From assembly GCA_002269645.1 (NCBI GenBank), contig NIVC01001409.1:186001-250000 (forward strand): a stretch of 64,000 nt of DNA, in the 5' to 3' direction. The stretch is from Macrostomum lignano (Eukaryota). Both the position numbers and the translations under genes were made by a program. The notes below the pieces were generated by a model. That model was given only the letters and a program-made list of their open reading frames with translations, was not told where the DNA came from and did not search any database. Of this stretch, positions 46,801 to 57,776 are shown piece by piece. Each line of letters opens with the position of its first letter. The first letter of the stretch is position 1.

Positions 46801-49320
46801 GTTCCATTTCAGTGCCTTGGCTCAGTGACTGACACAGCACCCTCAACTGGATTCCATTTCAGTGCCTTGGCTCAGTGACTGACACAGCACCCTCAACTGG
46901 GTTCCATTTCAGTGCCTTGGCTCAGTGACTGACACAGCACCCTCAACTGGGTTCCATTTCAGTGCCTTGGCTCATTGACTGACACAGCACCCTCAACTGG
47001 GTTCCATTTCAGTGCCTTGGCTCAGTGACTGACACAGCACCCTCAACTGGTTCCATTTCAGTGCCTTGGCTCAGTGACTGACACAGCACCCTCAACTGGA
47101 TTCCATTTCAGTGCCTTGGCTCAGTGACTGACACAGCACCCTCAACTGGATTCCATTTCAGTGCCTTGGCTCAGTGACTGACACAGCACCCTCAACTGGA
47201 TTCCATTTCAGTGCCTTGGCTCAGTGACTGACACAGCACCCTCAACTGGATTCCATTTCAGTGCCTTGGCTCATTGACTGACACAGCACCCTCAACTGGA
47301 TTCCATTTCAGTGCCTTGGCTCATTGACTGACACAGCACCCTCAACTGGGTTCCATTTCAGTGCCTTGGCTCATGACTGACACAGCACCCTCAACTGGAT
47401 TCCATTTCAGTGCCTTGGCTCAGTGACTGACACAGCACCCTCAACTGGATTCCATTTCAGTGCCTTGGCTCAGTGACTGACACAGCACCCTCAACTGGAT
47501 TCCATTTCAGTGCCTTGGCTCAGTGACTGACACAGCACCCTCAACTGGATTCCATTTCAGTGCCTTGGCTCAGTGACTGACACAGCACCCTCAACTGGAT
47601 TCCATTTCAGTGCCTTGGCTCAGTGACTGACACAGCACCCTCAACTGGATTCCATTTCAGTGCCTTGGCTCAGTGACTGACACAGCACCCTCAACTGGAT
47701 TCCATTTCAGTGCCTTGGCTCAGTGACTGACACAGCACCCTCAACTGGATTCCATTTCAGTGCCTTGGCTCAGTGACTGACACAGCACCCTCAACTGGAT
47801 TCCATTTCAGTGCCTTGGCTCATGACTGACACAGCACCCTCAACTGGATTCCATTTCAGTGCCTTGGCTCAGTGACTGACACAGCACCCTCAACTGGATT
47901 CCATTTCAGTGCCTTGGCTCAGTGACTGACACAGCACCCTCAACTGGATTCCATTTCAGTGCCTTGGCTCATGACTGACACAGCACCCTCAACTGGATTC
48001 CATTTCAGTGCCTTGGCTCATTGACTGACACAGCACCCTCAACTGGATTCCATTTCAGTGCCTTGGCTCAGTGACTGACACAGCACCCTCAACTGGATTC
48101 CATTTCAGTGCCTTGGCTCATGACTGACACAGCACCCTCAACTGGATTCCATTTCAGTGCCTTGGCTCAGTGACTGACACAGCACCCTCAACTGGATTCC
48201 ATTTCAGTGCCTTGGCTCAGTGACTGACACAGCACCCTCAACTGGATTCCATTTCAGTGCCTTGGCTCATTGACTGACACAGCACCCTCAACTGGATTCC
48301 ATTTCAGTGCCTTGGCTCATGACTGACACAGCACCCTCAACTGGATTCCATTTCAGTGCCTTGGCTCATTGACTGACACAGCACCCTCAACTGGATTCCA
48401 TTTCAGTGCCTTGGCTCAGTGACTGACACAGCACCCTCAACTGGATTCCATTTCAGTGCCTTGGCTCAGTGACTGACACAGCACCCTCAACTGGATTCCA
48501 TTTCAGTGCCTTGGCTCAGTGACTGACACAGCACCCTCAACTGGATTCCATTTCAGTGCCTTGGCTCATGACTGACACAGCACCCTCAACTGGATTCCAT
48601 TTCAGTGCCTTGGCTCAGTGACTGACACAGCACCCTCAACTGGATTCCATTTCAGTGCCTTGGCTCAGTGACTGACACAGCACCCTCAACTGGATTCCAT
48701 TTCAGTGCCTTGGCTCAGTGACTGACACAGCACCCTCAACTGGATTCCATTTCAGTGCCTTGGCTCAGTGACTGACACAGCACCCTCAACTGGATTCCAT
48801 TTCAGTGCCTTGGCTCAGACTGACACAGCACCCTCAACTGGATTCCATTTCAGTGCCTTGGCTCAGTGACTGACACAGCACCCTCAACTGGATTCCATTT
48901 CAGTGCCTTGGCTCAGTGACTGACACAGCACCCTCAACTGGATTCCATTTCAGTGCCTTGGCTCAGTGACTGACACAGCACCCTCAACTGGATTCCATTT
49001 CAGTGCCTTGGCTCAGTGACTGACACAGCACCCTCAACTGGATTCCATTTCAGTGCCTTGGATCAGTGACTGACACAGCACCCTCAACTGGATTCCATTT
49101 CAGTGCCTTGGCTCAGTGACTGACACAGCACCCTCAACTGGATTCCATTTCAGTGCCTTGGCTCAGTGACTGACACAGCACCCTCAACTGGATTCCATTT
49201 CAGTGCCTTGGCTCAGTGACTGACACAGCACCCTCAACTGGATTCCATTTCAGTGCCTTGGATCAGTGACTGACACAGCACCCTCAACTGGATTTTATTT
49301 CAGTGCCGTGACTGACACAG
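40880..49320. repeat. 50-bp satellite, ~8.4 kb, ~169 copies, intergenic (NCX 5' side / cdc20 3' side)
   Basis: Unit GG[A/G]TTCCATTTCAGTGCCTTGGCTCA[G/T]TGACTGACACAGCACCCTCAACT. Confidence 0.98.
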
Positions 49321-49930
49321 CGAGCGCGATCTGTTTTACTTTTCAAATCTATAACCAACATTTTCGGTATCAAAGATAAAAGTTGGCAAAGCCTATAAAT
49401 GAGTTTAATTTAATTTATTATCGCCAGCAAAATTAAGACCATATCGATGCGACCAATGACCGTATATTTAATTTGGATTACTTCAAGACGAAAAAAGCAA
49501 TACAAAAGCGACTGGAACAGAATGGAGTATAAAAATAACCGAAAAAGGATCAACGGGCTGCAGAAATTTGAGCATAAAAACGGAAATATTGAAAGTAGAG
49601 TAAATACCTATAAAGTTTATACATTAACTGGACTAAAAATAAATTCCACCTTTGATCCTGCGACAATATAAATAACTTTGAATGCACCTATTGCACTACC
49701 GCAAGTAGAAATGCGAGCATTATAATAGCTTATTTTAGATGCAGACAGGTAAATACGGACTCAAACTGGTAAAATTAAAAATGCTTAAATGACAAATAAT
49801 AGGCAGTTGGGGAGAGATTTGCTTGACAAGAATAAATTATTGATAAATGAATCAGCTGCAGATGCGGTAGACTGAGTCTGGCATTAGTTATGATTAAATA
49901 AGTATTCGCCTGCCACTCCAATGTCCCTGC

Positions 49931-50477
49931 TCAGCGCAGGGCGGCTAGCGAGTAGGTCCGGTCCTCTCGCTGGGCGGCCGCCGCCCGCTTCTTCTTGGCG
50001 GCCCGCTTGGCGTCCAGCTCGAAGCAGCGCCAGATGCGGAGGGTCTCGTCCGAGCTTGCGCTGGCCACCCGTTCGCCGTCCGGCGAGCCGACCAGGCACA
50101 GGACTCTGTCCGAGTGGCCCAGCAGGTCCGCCACCTTGCTGAGCTCCGGGTACTTCCACAGGGTGAGCTGGTGCTCAGAGTAGCCGTGGCTGGTCACCAG
50201 CTCGCGGTATTCCTCGTTCCAAACAATGCCGGACACCTGGAAGCGGTTCGATGCGTTGGCATCCGTGTGAGCGAACAGGGGATGGGCCACACTGCCTGCC
50301 TCCCCGAAGGCTTGCAACAGCCAACAGGGCCAAAGACACTTTCGGTGTACGAAATAACTAGCTAACTAGCTAACTAAGTAGCTAACTAGCCAACTAGCTA
50401 ACTAAGTAGCTAGCTAACTAACTAACTAGCCAACTAGCTAACTAAGTAGCTAGCTAACTAACTAACTAGCTAGCTAG

Positions 50478-50508
<31 letters not shown>

Positions 50509-50521
50509 GATAACTAACTAG

Positions 50522-50568
<47 letters not shown>

Positions 50569-50581
50569 GATAACTAACTAG

Positions 50582-50624
<43 letters not shown>

Positions 50625-50629
50625 GCTAG

Positions 50630-50696
<67 letters not shown>

Positions 50697-50709
50697 GATA
50701 ACTAACTAG

Positions 50710-50792
<83 letters not shown>

Positions 50793-53700
50793 GATAACTA
50801 ACTAGCTAACTAGCTAGCTAACTAACTAAACAGCTAAGTACCGAGTTGGGACCCTACAGGCTCAGTGCTGCACAAACCTCGTCACTGGATCAGTTGTCAA
50901 TCAACATTCCAGCATTGGTTTGAGTCGCTTTTTTATTTTACATAGTTTTATTCTAAGTTTAACAACCTCTTGATACATATCGGTGCATAGAGTACATTGA
51001 AAATGAGGTAAATTTCGCACCTGGCTGCCAGTGTCCACGCTGGCCACGTGAGCCCCAGTGCGCGCATTCCAGAAGCGCATGTGCTTGCAGATGCTGCCGC
51101 CGCCAGTGGCCAGCAGGTTCTGCTTCCAGGGGCACCAGGCCAGCGACTTCACCGCGCTCTGGTGATGCGTCATCACGTGCAGCGGCGCCTCGGCGGCAAC
51201 GTCGAATCCCCAGACGGCGACTAAATTGTCGTTGCCGCCCGAGGCCAGATGATGACCGTCAGGCGACCAGGCGAGGCCGCAGACCTCCTGGGTGTGGAAC
51301 TGGGCGCTGCCCACCAGCCAGGAGGACTGGCGGACATCCGCGTGGCGCAGCTGGCCCCAGCGGCTGCCGCTGGACAGCAGGTGCTCCCGCCAGCTCAGCG
51401 CGGACACCCGGCCAATGTCCGAGGTGGGGCGCATTCGCCTCACAGCCCGCTGGGTGTTCACGTCGAACAGGTAGACGTCGCCCAGGTTGTCGGAGACGGC
51501 CAGGTAGTTGCTGACCGGCGCCCATTTCACGCAGGCCACAAATCCGTGCGCATTGTCGAAATTGGCCAGGTCAACCAGGTGCGTGATGCTGCCGTCGCCG
51601 CCGTTCCACAGGTAGACGGACTCGCCCAGGGCGCAAGCTAGGACGTTCTCGGAGCTCCAGTCCAGCAGGTTCAGGTAATAATCGTTGACGAGATTCGGCG
51701 CGTCCAAAGTTCTCTCGGCCGAGGTTGGCACCTTGCGCGGGCGGGGCGCCGTCTTGGTGGAAGCCGACGTCAGGTAGGCCGGGGCGCTCGGCTGCGGAGC
51801 GCCTGACGTGTAGGTCAGGATGCGACCCTGCAGTGCGGTGGCGGGCACTGGTTGCTACGGGAGTGCGTCACTGGTTGCTAGGGGAGTGCGTCACTGGTTG
51901 CTAGGGGAGTGCAAGCTAGGGGAGTGAGTCACTGGTTGCTAGGGTGACTGGGTAAGCTGGTTGCTATGGTGGTTGAGCCGCTTGTTGCAAGGCAAATTGG
52001 GTCATTGGATGGTAGGAAAAGGTCACCAGTTGTTACGGGAAAGTAGTAATTACGATAAGCACTGAAGAGCCTCAGTAAAATAAAATGAATAGTTTGGTTT
52101 GCATTGGAAAGTTGCACATAGAGAAGTCGGAGACTCAGTGATTGCATAGAGAAGTTGTGCCCCACTAAACTGCAGTTAATAATATGGCTGACACATCAAG
52201 CGATGGGGAGGAGCTGATGAATCGCGTAAATTGCCGTGTAGGGTGCGAAGAAAAAAGTACATTTTAGCTGGCCCCAGGATAGGGGGGAGCTGACCAATCT
52301 GTCAATGCTTTTTAACTGCAACACCCCCAAATCCATGCGCGCCGGGCACACAGCTGGGCAGCTGGGCGACATCAATCACTGCTAGGCCACGCCCTCCCGG
52401 CTTTGCAATAGCTTAAGTTACCAAGCCTATAGCCTATATCGTGGCCAAGGAGCTCATAAACACCCTATGGGCGGCGGTTTCTATTTTCCAGATTCTAGGC
52501 CTAGAAGTCCACGGCTCAAACAGCTGCTGGGTACGCAGAAAGCTCTTTAAATTGTAAGGCAGGGCAATTGACAGACTGGCGCACGAGATGCGCAGTTTCA
52601 GCTGTGTCCAGACCAAGTAACGGACAATAAGTCTGCGGGTAATGAACAGCCTTCCAAACCTGCGGCCTAAAGTAGCGTCTCTGCACTCACAAAACCTCAC
52701 CCGCTCTCTCAAGTGGATATTTTACAGATGCCTTTTTGGCTTGCAAAACATATTCGCTTTAATCCCCATGATAAGCCCTCCACTATCTGCCCGACATTTT
52801 CCCTTTTATTCTTTACTATCCCTCCTGCCTTTATTTCAACTGTCCCTATTTAACCTCTCCCTATCCTCTCCCCGTCACTTCTTTCCCTATTTTCTCCCCG
52901 TCACTCCCTTCCCTACCCTCTCCCTGCCACTCTCCCTTCCCTACCCTCTCCCTGCCACTCTCCCTTCCCTACCCTCTCCCTGCCACTCTCCCTTCCCTAC
53001 CCTCTCCCTGCCACTCTCCCTTCCCTACCCTCTCCCTGCCACTCTCCCTTCCCTACCCTCTCCCTGCCACTCTCCCTTCCCTACCCTCTCCCTGCCACTC
53101 TCCCTTCCCTACCCTCTCCCTGCCACTCTCCCTTCCCTACCCTCTCCCTGCCACTCTCCCTTCCCTACCCTCTCCCTGCCACTCTCCCTTCCCTACCCTC
53201 TCCCTGCCACTCTCTCCCTTCCCTACCCTCTCCCTGCCACTCTCTCCCTTCCCTACCCTCTCCCTGCCACTCTCTCCCTTCCCTACCCTCTCCCTGCCAC
53301 TCTCCCTTCCCTACCCTCTCCCTGCCACTCTCCCTTCCCTACCCTCTCCCTGCCACTCTCTCCCTTCCCTACCCTCTCCCTGCCACTCTCTCCCTTCCCT
53401 ACCCTCTCCCTGCCACTCTCTCCCTTCCCTACCCTCTCCCTGCCACTCTCCCTTCCCTACCCTCTCCCTGCCACTCTCCCTTCCCTACCCTCTCCCTGTC
53501 ACTCACCCTTCCCTACCCTCTCCCTGCCACTCTCTCCCTTCCCTACCCTCTCCCTGCCACTCTCTCCCTTCCCTACCCTCTCCCTGCCACTCTCCCTTCC
53601 CTACCCTCTCCCTGCCACTCTCCCTTCCCTACCCTCTCCCTGCCACTCTCTCCCTTCCCTACCCTCTCCCTGCCACTCTCTCCCTTCCCTACCCTCTCCC

Positions 53701-56203
53701 TGCCACTCTCTCCCTTCCCTACCCTCTCCCTGCCACTCTCTCCCTTCCCTACCCTCTCCCTGCCACTCTCTCCCTTCCCTACCCTCTCCCTGCCACTCTC
53801 TCCTTCCCTACCCTCTCCCTGCCACTCTCCCTTCCCTACCCTCTCCCTGCCACTCTCCCTTCCCTACCCTCTCCCTGCCACTCTCCCTTCCCTACCCTCT
53901 CCCTGCCACTCTCCCTTCCCTACCCTCTCCCTGCCACTCTCCCTTCCCTACCCTCTCCCTGCCACTCTCCCTTCCCTACCCTCTCCCTGCCACTCTCCCT
54001 TCCCTACCCTCTCCCTGCCACTCTCCCTTCCCTACCCTCTCCCTGCCACTCTCCCTTCCCTACCCTCTCCCTGCCACTCTCCCTTCCCTACCCTCTCCCT
54101 GCCACTCTCCCTTCCCTACCCTCTCCCTGCCACTCTCCCTTCCCTACCCTCTCCCTGTCACTCACCCTTCCCTACCCTCTCCCTGCCACTCTCTCCATTC
54201 CCTACCCTCTCCCTGTCACTCTCTCCATTCCCTACCCTCTCCCTGTCACTCTCACCTTTCCTACCCTCTCCCTTCCCTACCCTCTCCCTGCCACTCTCCC
54301 TTCCCTACCCTCTCCCTGTCACTCTCCCTTCCCTACCCTCTCCCTGCCACTCTCTCCATTCCCTACCCTCTCCCTGTCACTTTCTCCATTCCCTACCCTC
54401 TCCCTGTCACTCTCACCTTCCCTACCCTCTCCCTGCCACTCTCTCCCTTCCCTACCCTCTCCCTGCCACTCTCCCTTCCCTACCCTCTCCCTGCCACTCT
54501 CCCTTCCCTACCCTCTCCCTGCCACTCTCTCCCTTCCCTACCCTCTCCCTGTCACTCACCCTTCCCTACCCTCTCCCTGCCACTCTCTCCATTCCCTACC
54601 CTCTCCCTGTCACTCTCTCCATTCCCTACCCTCTCCCTGTCACTCTCACCTTCCCTACCCTCTCCCTGCCACTCTCCCTTCCCTACCCTCTCCCTGCCAC
54701 TCTCCCTTCCCTACCCTCTCCCTGCCACTCTCCCTTCCCTACCCTCTCCCTGCCACTCTCTCCCTTCCCTACCCTCTCCCTGCCACTCTCCCTTCCCTAC
54801 CCTCTCCCTGCCACTCTCCCTTCCCTACCCTCTCCCTGTCACTCACCCTTCCCTACCCTCTCCCTGCCACTCTCTCCATTCCCTACCCTCTCCCCGTCAC
54901 TCCCTTCCCTACCCTCTCCCTGTCACTCTCTCCATTCCCTACCCTCTCCCTGTCACTCTCACCTTCCCTACCCTCTCCCTGCCACTCTCTCCATTCCCTA
55001 CCCTCTCCCTGTCACTCTCACCTTCCCTACCCTCTCCCTGCCACTCTCTCCATTCCCTACCCTCTCCCCGTCACTCCCTTCCCTACCCTCTCCCTGCCAC
55101 TCTCCCTTCCCTACCCTCTCCCTGTCACTCTCTCCCTTCCCTACCCTCTCCCTGCCACTCTCTCCATTCCCTACCCTCTCCCTGTCACTTCCTTCTCTAC
55201 CCTCTCCCCGTCACTCTCTTCCCTACCCTCTCCCTGCCACTCTCCCTTCCCTTACCCTCTCCCTGTCACTCTCACCTTCCCTACCCTCTCCCTGTCACTC
55301 TCTCCCTTCCCTACCCTCTCCCTGCCACTCTCTCCCTTCCCTACCCAGAGGAGGAGGGTGCAGGAAGGGAAGATGGCAGGAGGTTGAAGGGAGGAGGGTG
55401 GGGGAGAGTGGGAGGAGGGTGGGGGAGAGTGGGAGGAGGGTGGGGGAGAGTGGGAGGAGGGTGGGAGGAGGGTGCAGGAAGGGAAGATGGCAGGAGGGTG
55501 AAGGGAGGAGGGTGGGGGAGAGTGGGAGGAGGGTGGGGAGAGTGGGAGGAGGGTGGGAGGAGGCCGAGGGTGCAGGAAGGGAAGGTGGCAGAAAGGAGGG
55601 TAAAGTGAGGAAGGCTGGAAGCCGAGGCCCTACCTGCTCGCCCTGAATGATGCCATTGGTGAGCACATCGGCAAGTGCTTGAGTATAGACTCGCTTCATA
55701 TTGCCGCCGCCACCGCTAGCATTGAGACTGCCGTTGAGGCTCTTGTCCGGCGTGCTGCTGGCGGAGCTCAGCGCCTGCTTGGTGGCCTCGATGGCGTCCG
55801 GGTGGCGGCTAGGGATGAAGCGGTCTCCGCCGTCCGACAGGCTGTTGGAGCGGCTGAGACGGCCAGCGCCGCTGCTGGTGCTGGCGCTGCGGCTCTTCCG
55901 CTTGCGCCGGTGGGCGCTGCCGCCGGATTTGCTGGCTGAGCGGGCCGCGGCGGCCGCCTCGCTGATGGGACTGCAGGCGGCGCGGCTGGATGTGGATGCA
56001 TTTCTAGAGCTGGCGTTGAGCGTCTGGCTCATCTCCAGCAGGCCCGGGCAGCTGCCCTTGCGGGAGAGGCTGCGGCTGGAGGCGGAGGCGGTGACCCGGG
56101 CGGGCTGCTCGCCCAGCGGCCGGTGCGACTTCTGCGAGGCCGACGGCAGCACGGAGTCCAGGCGCATCTTGCGGTCAAGAATCTGCGACAGGGAGACGCT
56201 CAT
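49931..56203 (-). CDS. CDC20: Cdc20/fizzy-type APC/C coactivator, 560 aa; exons 56203-55634, 51827-51021, 50236-49931
   Basis: C-box DRFIPSR; KILR-like RILTY; WD40 propeller starting ERTLDAPNLVNDYYLNLLDWS; QEVCGLAWSPDG, ASGGNDN, LLATGGG, SHGYSEHQLTLWKYP; C-terminal LR tail. Both introns are phase-0 GT-AG. Confidence 0.93.
50358..50830. repeat. (AACT)n microsatellite in cdc20 intron 2, read as (GTTA)n on the sense strand
   Basis: Direct inspection. Confidence 0.96.
51845..51970. repeat. Short 23-bp repeat (CACTGGTTGCTAGGGGAGTGCGT) next to the cdc20 exon-2 acceptor
   Basis: GTTGCTA at 51851, 51874, 51897, 51935 and 51960. Confidence 0.8.
52905..55346. repeat. 28/30-bp array (CCTTCCCTACCCTCTCCCTGCCACTCTC[TC])n, ~85 copies
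   Basis: Direct inspection; explains the spurious 988-aa ORF. Confidence 0.96.
55347..55605. repeat. ~21-bp purine-rich array (GGGAGAGTGGGAGGAGGGTGG)n abutting the previous array with opposite polarity
   Basis: Direct inspection. Confidence 0.85.
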
Positions 56204-56379
56204 GTTGCTGCTGCGGTTCTGGCTGAGCAGTTGGCTGGCTTTGGATTGGCGGCGGAGAAGCGGTGAGCATCAGTGGAATTTGAGTTAAACTCGGGTTGGA
56301 TGGCATCCAAGTAGCTAAAAGCTTAGAGTTCTGGGCAATCATTAGACAGGGTTTGAGTAAATTTCACCAGACACCCTGA

Positions 56380-57010
56380 TACAGGTACACAGACACATTC
56401 AGTGTACAGACACACTTAGGTGTACACAGACACACTTAAGTGTACACAGACACACTTAGGTGTACACAGACACATTCAGTGTACAGACACACTTAGGTGT
56501 ACACAGACACATTCAGTGTACAGACACACTTAGGTGTACACAGACACACTTAAGTGTACACAGACACACTTAGGTGTACACAGACACATTCAGTGTACAG
56601 ACACACTTAGGTGTACACAGACACATTCAGTGTACAGACACACTTAGGTGTACACAGACACATTCAGTGTACAGACACACTTAGGTGTACACAGACACAC
56701 TTAGGTGTACACAGACATGCTTAGGTGTACACAGACACGCTTAGGTGTACACAGAGACACTTAGGTGTACAGACAAACTTAGGTGTACACAGACACACTT
56801 AGGTGTACACAGACAAACTTAGGTGTACACAGACACACTTAGGTGTACACAGACAAACTTAGGTGTACACAGACACACTTAGGTGTACACAGACAAACTT
56901 AGGTGTACACAGACACACTTAGGTGTACAGACAAACTTAGGTGTACACAGACACACTTAGGTGTAGACAGACACGCTTAGGTGTACAGACATACTTAGGT
57001 GTACACAGGC
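56380..57010. repeat. 18/20-bp array (CACTTAGGTGTACACAGACA)n upstream of the cdc20 ATG
   Basis: Direct inspection. Confidence 0.92.
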
Positions 57011-57776
57011 ACCTGCGTACACACAACAAAACAGCTACAGCCGGAAACTCTGCAATGAACTGTAACTATTTATACCAAATAAAATAAAGGCTAAATAGTC
57101 GACAAGGCTATTGGTGATGTGAAGTTCGAGTCGATCGATTGAGTGGCATAATTAGTTGAATATTTAGTTATTTAATAATAGAGAAAGCAGAAAAAATGCA
57201 ACATCGTGTTGTTAAGAGTAAATTGTAGGGGCCGAAATGGAGCAGTCAGATTGGCTGGTAAAATATGTATATAAAGTGCTTAAGAACACGAAGGGAAGAA
57301 AATGCGAGAAGTGCAGCTAATGAATTACGGTAAGCAAGATGAGTAGTGCAGATTGATAATGAGCGAGACGTGAGAATGAGCAGCAGTACCAAAAAAGCAA
57401 TATATAGAAAAATTGCACCGAGAATTAAGAACGCGTTAGCAAAATATGCCGCAAGGTGTATAGAGCTGCATATTATGTACTATGTAAAATGTATGTAAAT
57501 ATGAATATAATAAGCATTCGAATTTGCCGAGAGTCGTTGCAAAAATAGACTTGTATATAATTGATATGAGAAGGGAATTTTACAAAACAACACCTGTTTA
57601 GATAGTAAAGCTGGGAACAGGTCGTGAGCAGTGCTCATGTTATGCCAATGCTGCAGAGAAGTCAGCCCAATACCGCTGACAGCACCGATATAAGTTGGCC
57701 GATTGTCAGAATTGCACGCGTCCTACTTTCAGTAAGCTGTAAAGCGCATGGCTTCTGCACAGGGGTTCGATCGGCT

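Noticed and set aside
33200-49320. CRISPR-like appearance of the 40- and 50-bp arrays
   Set aside because: There are no unique spacers and no cas genes, the context is eukaryotic, and these are pure tandem repeats.
52642-55608. 988-aa Pro/Ser/Leu-rich ORF
   Set aside because: It is the translation of the 28/30-bp intronic array, antisense to cdc20 intron 1; units lacking stop codons produce long ORFs by chance.
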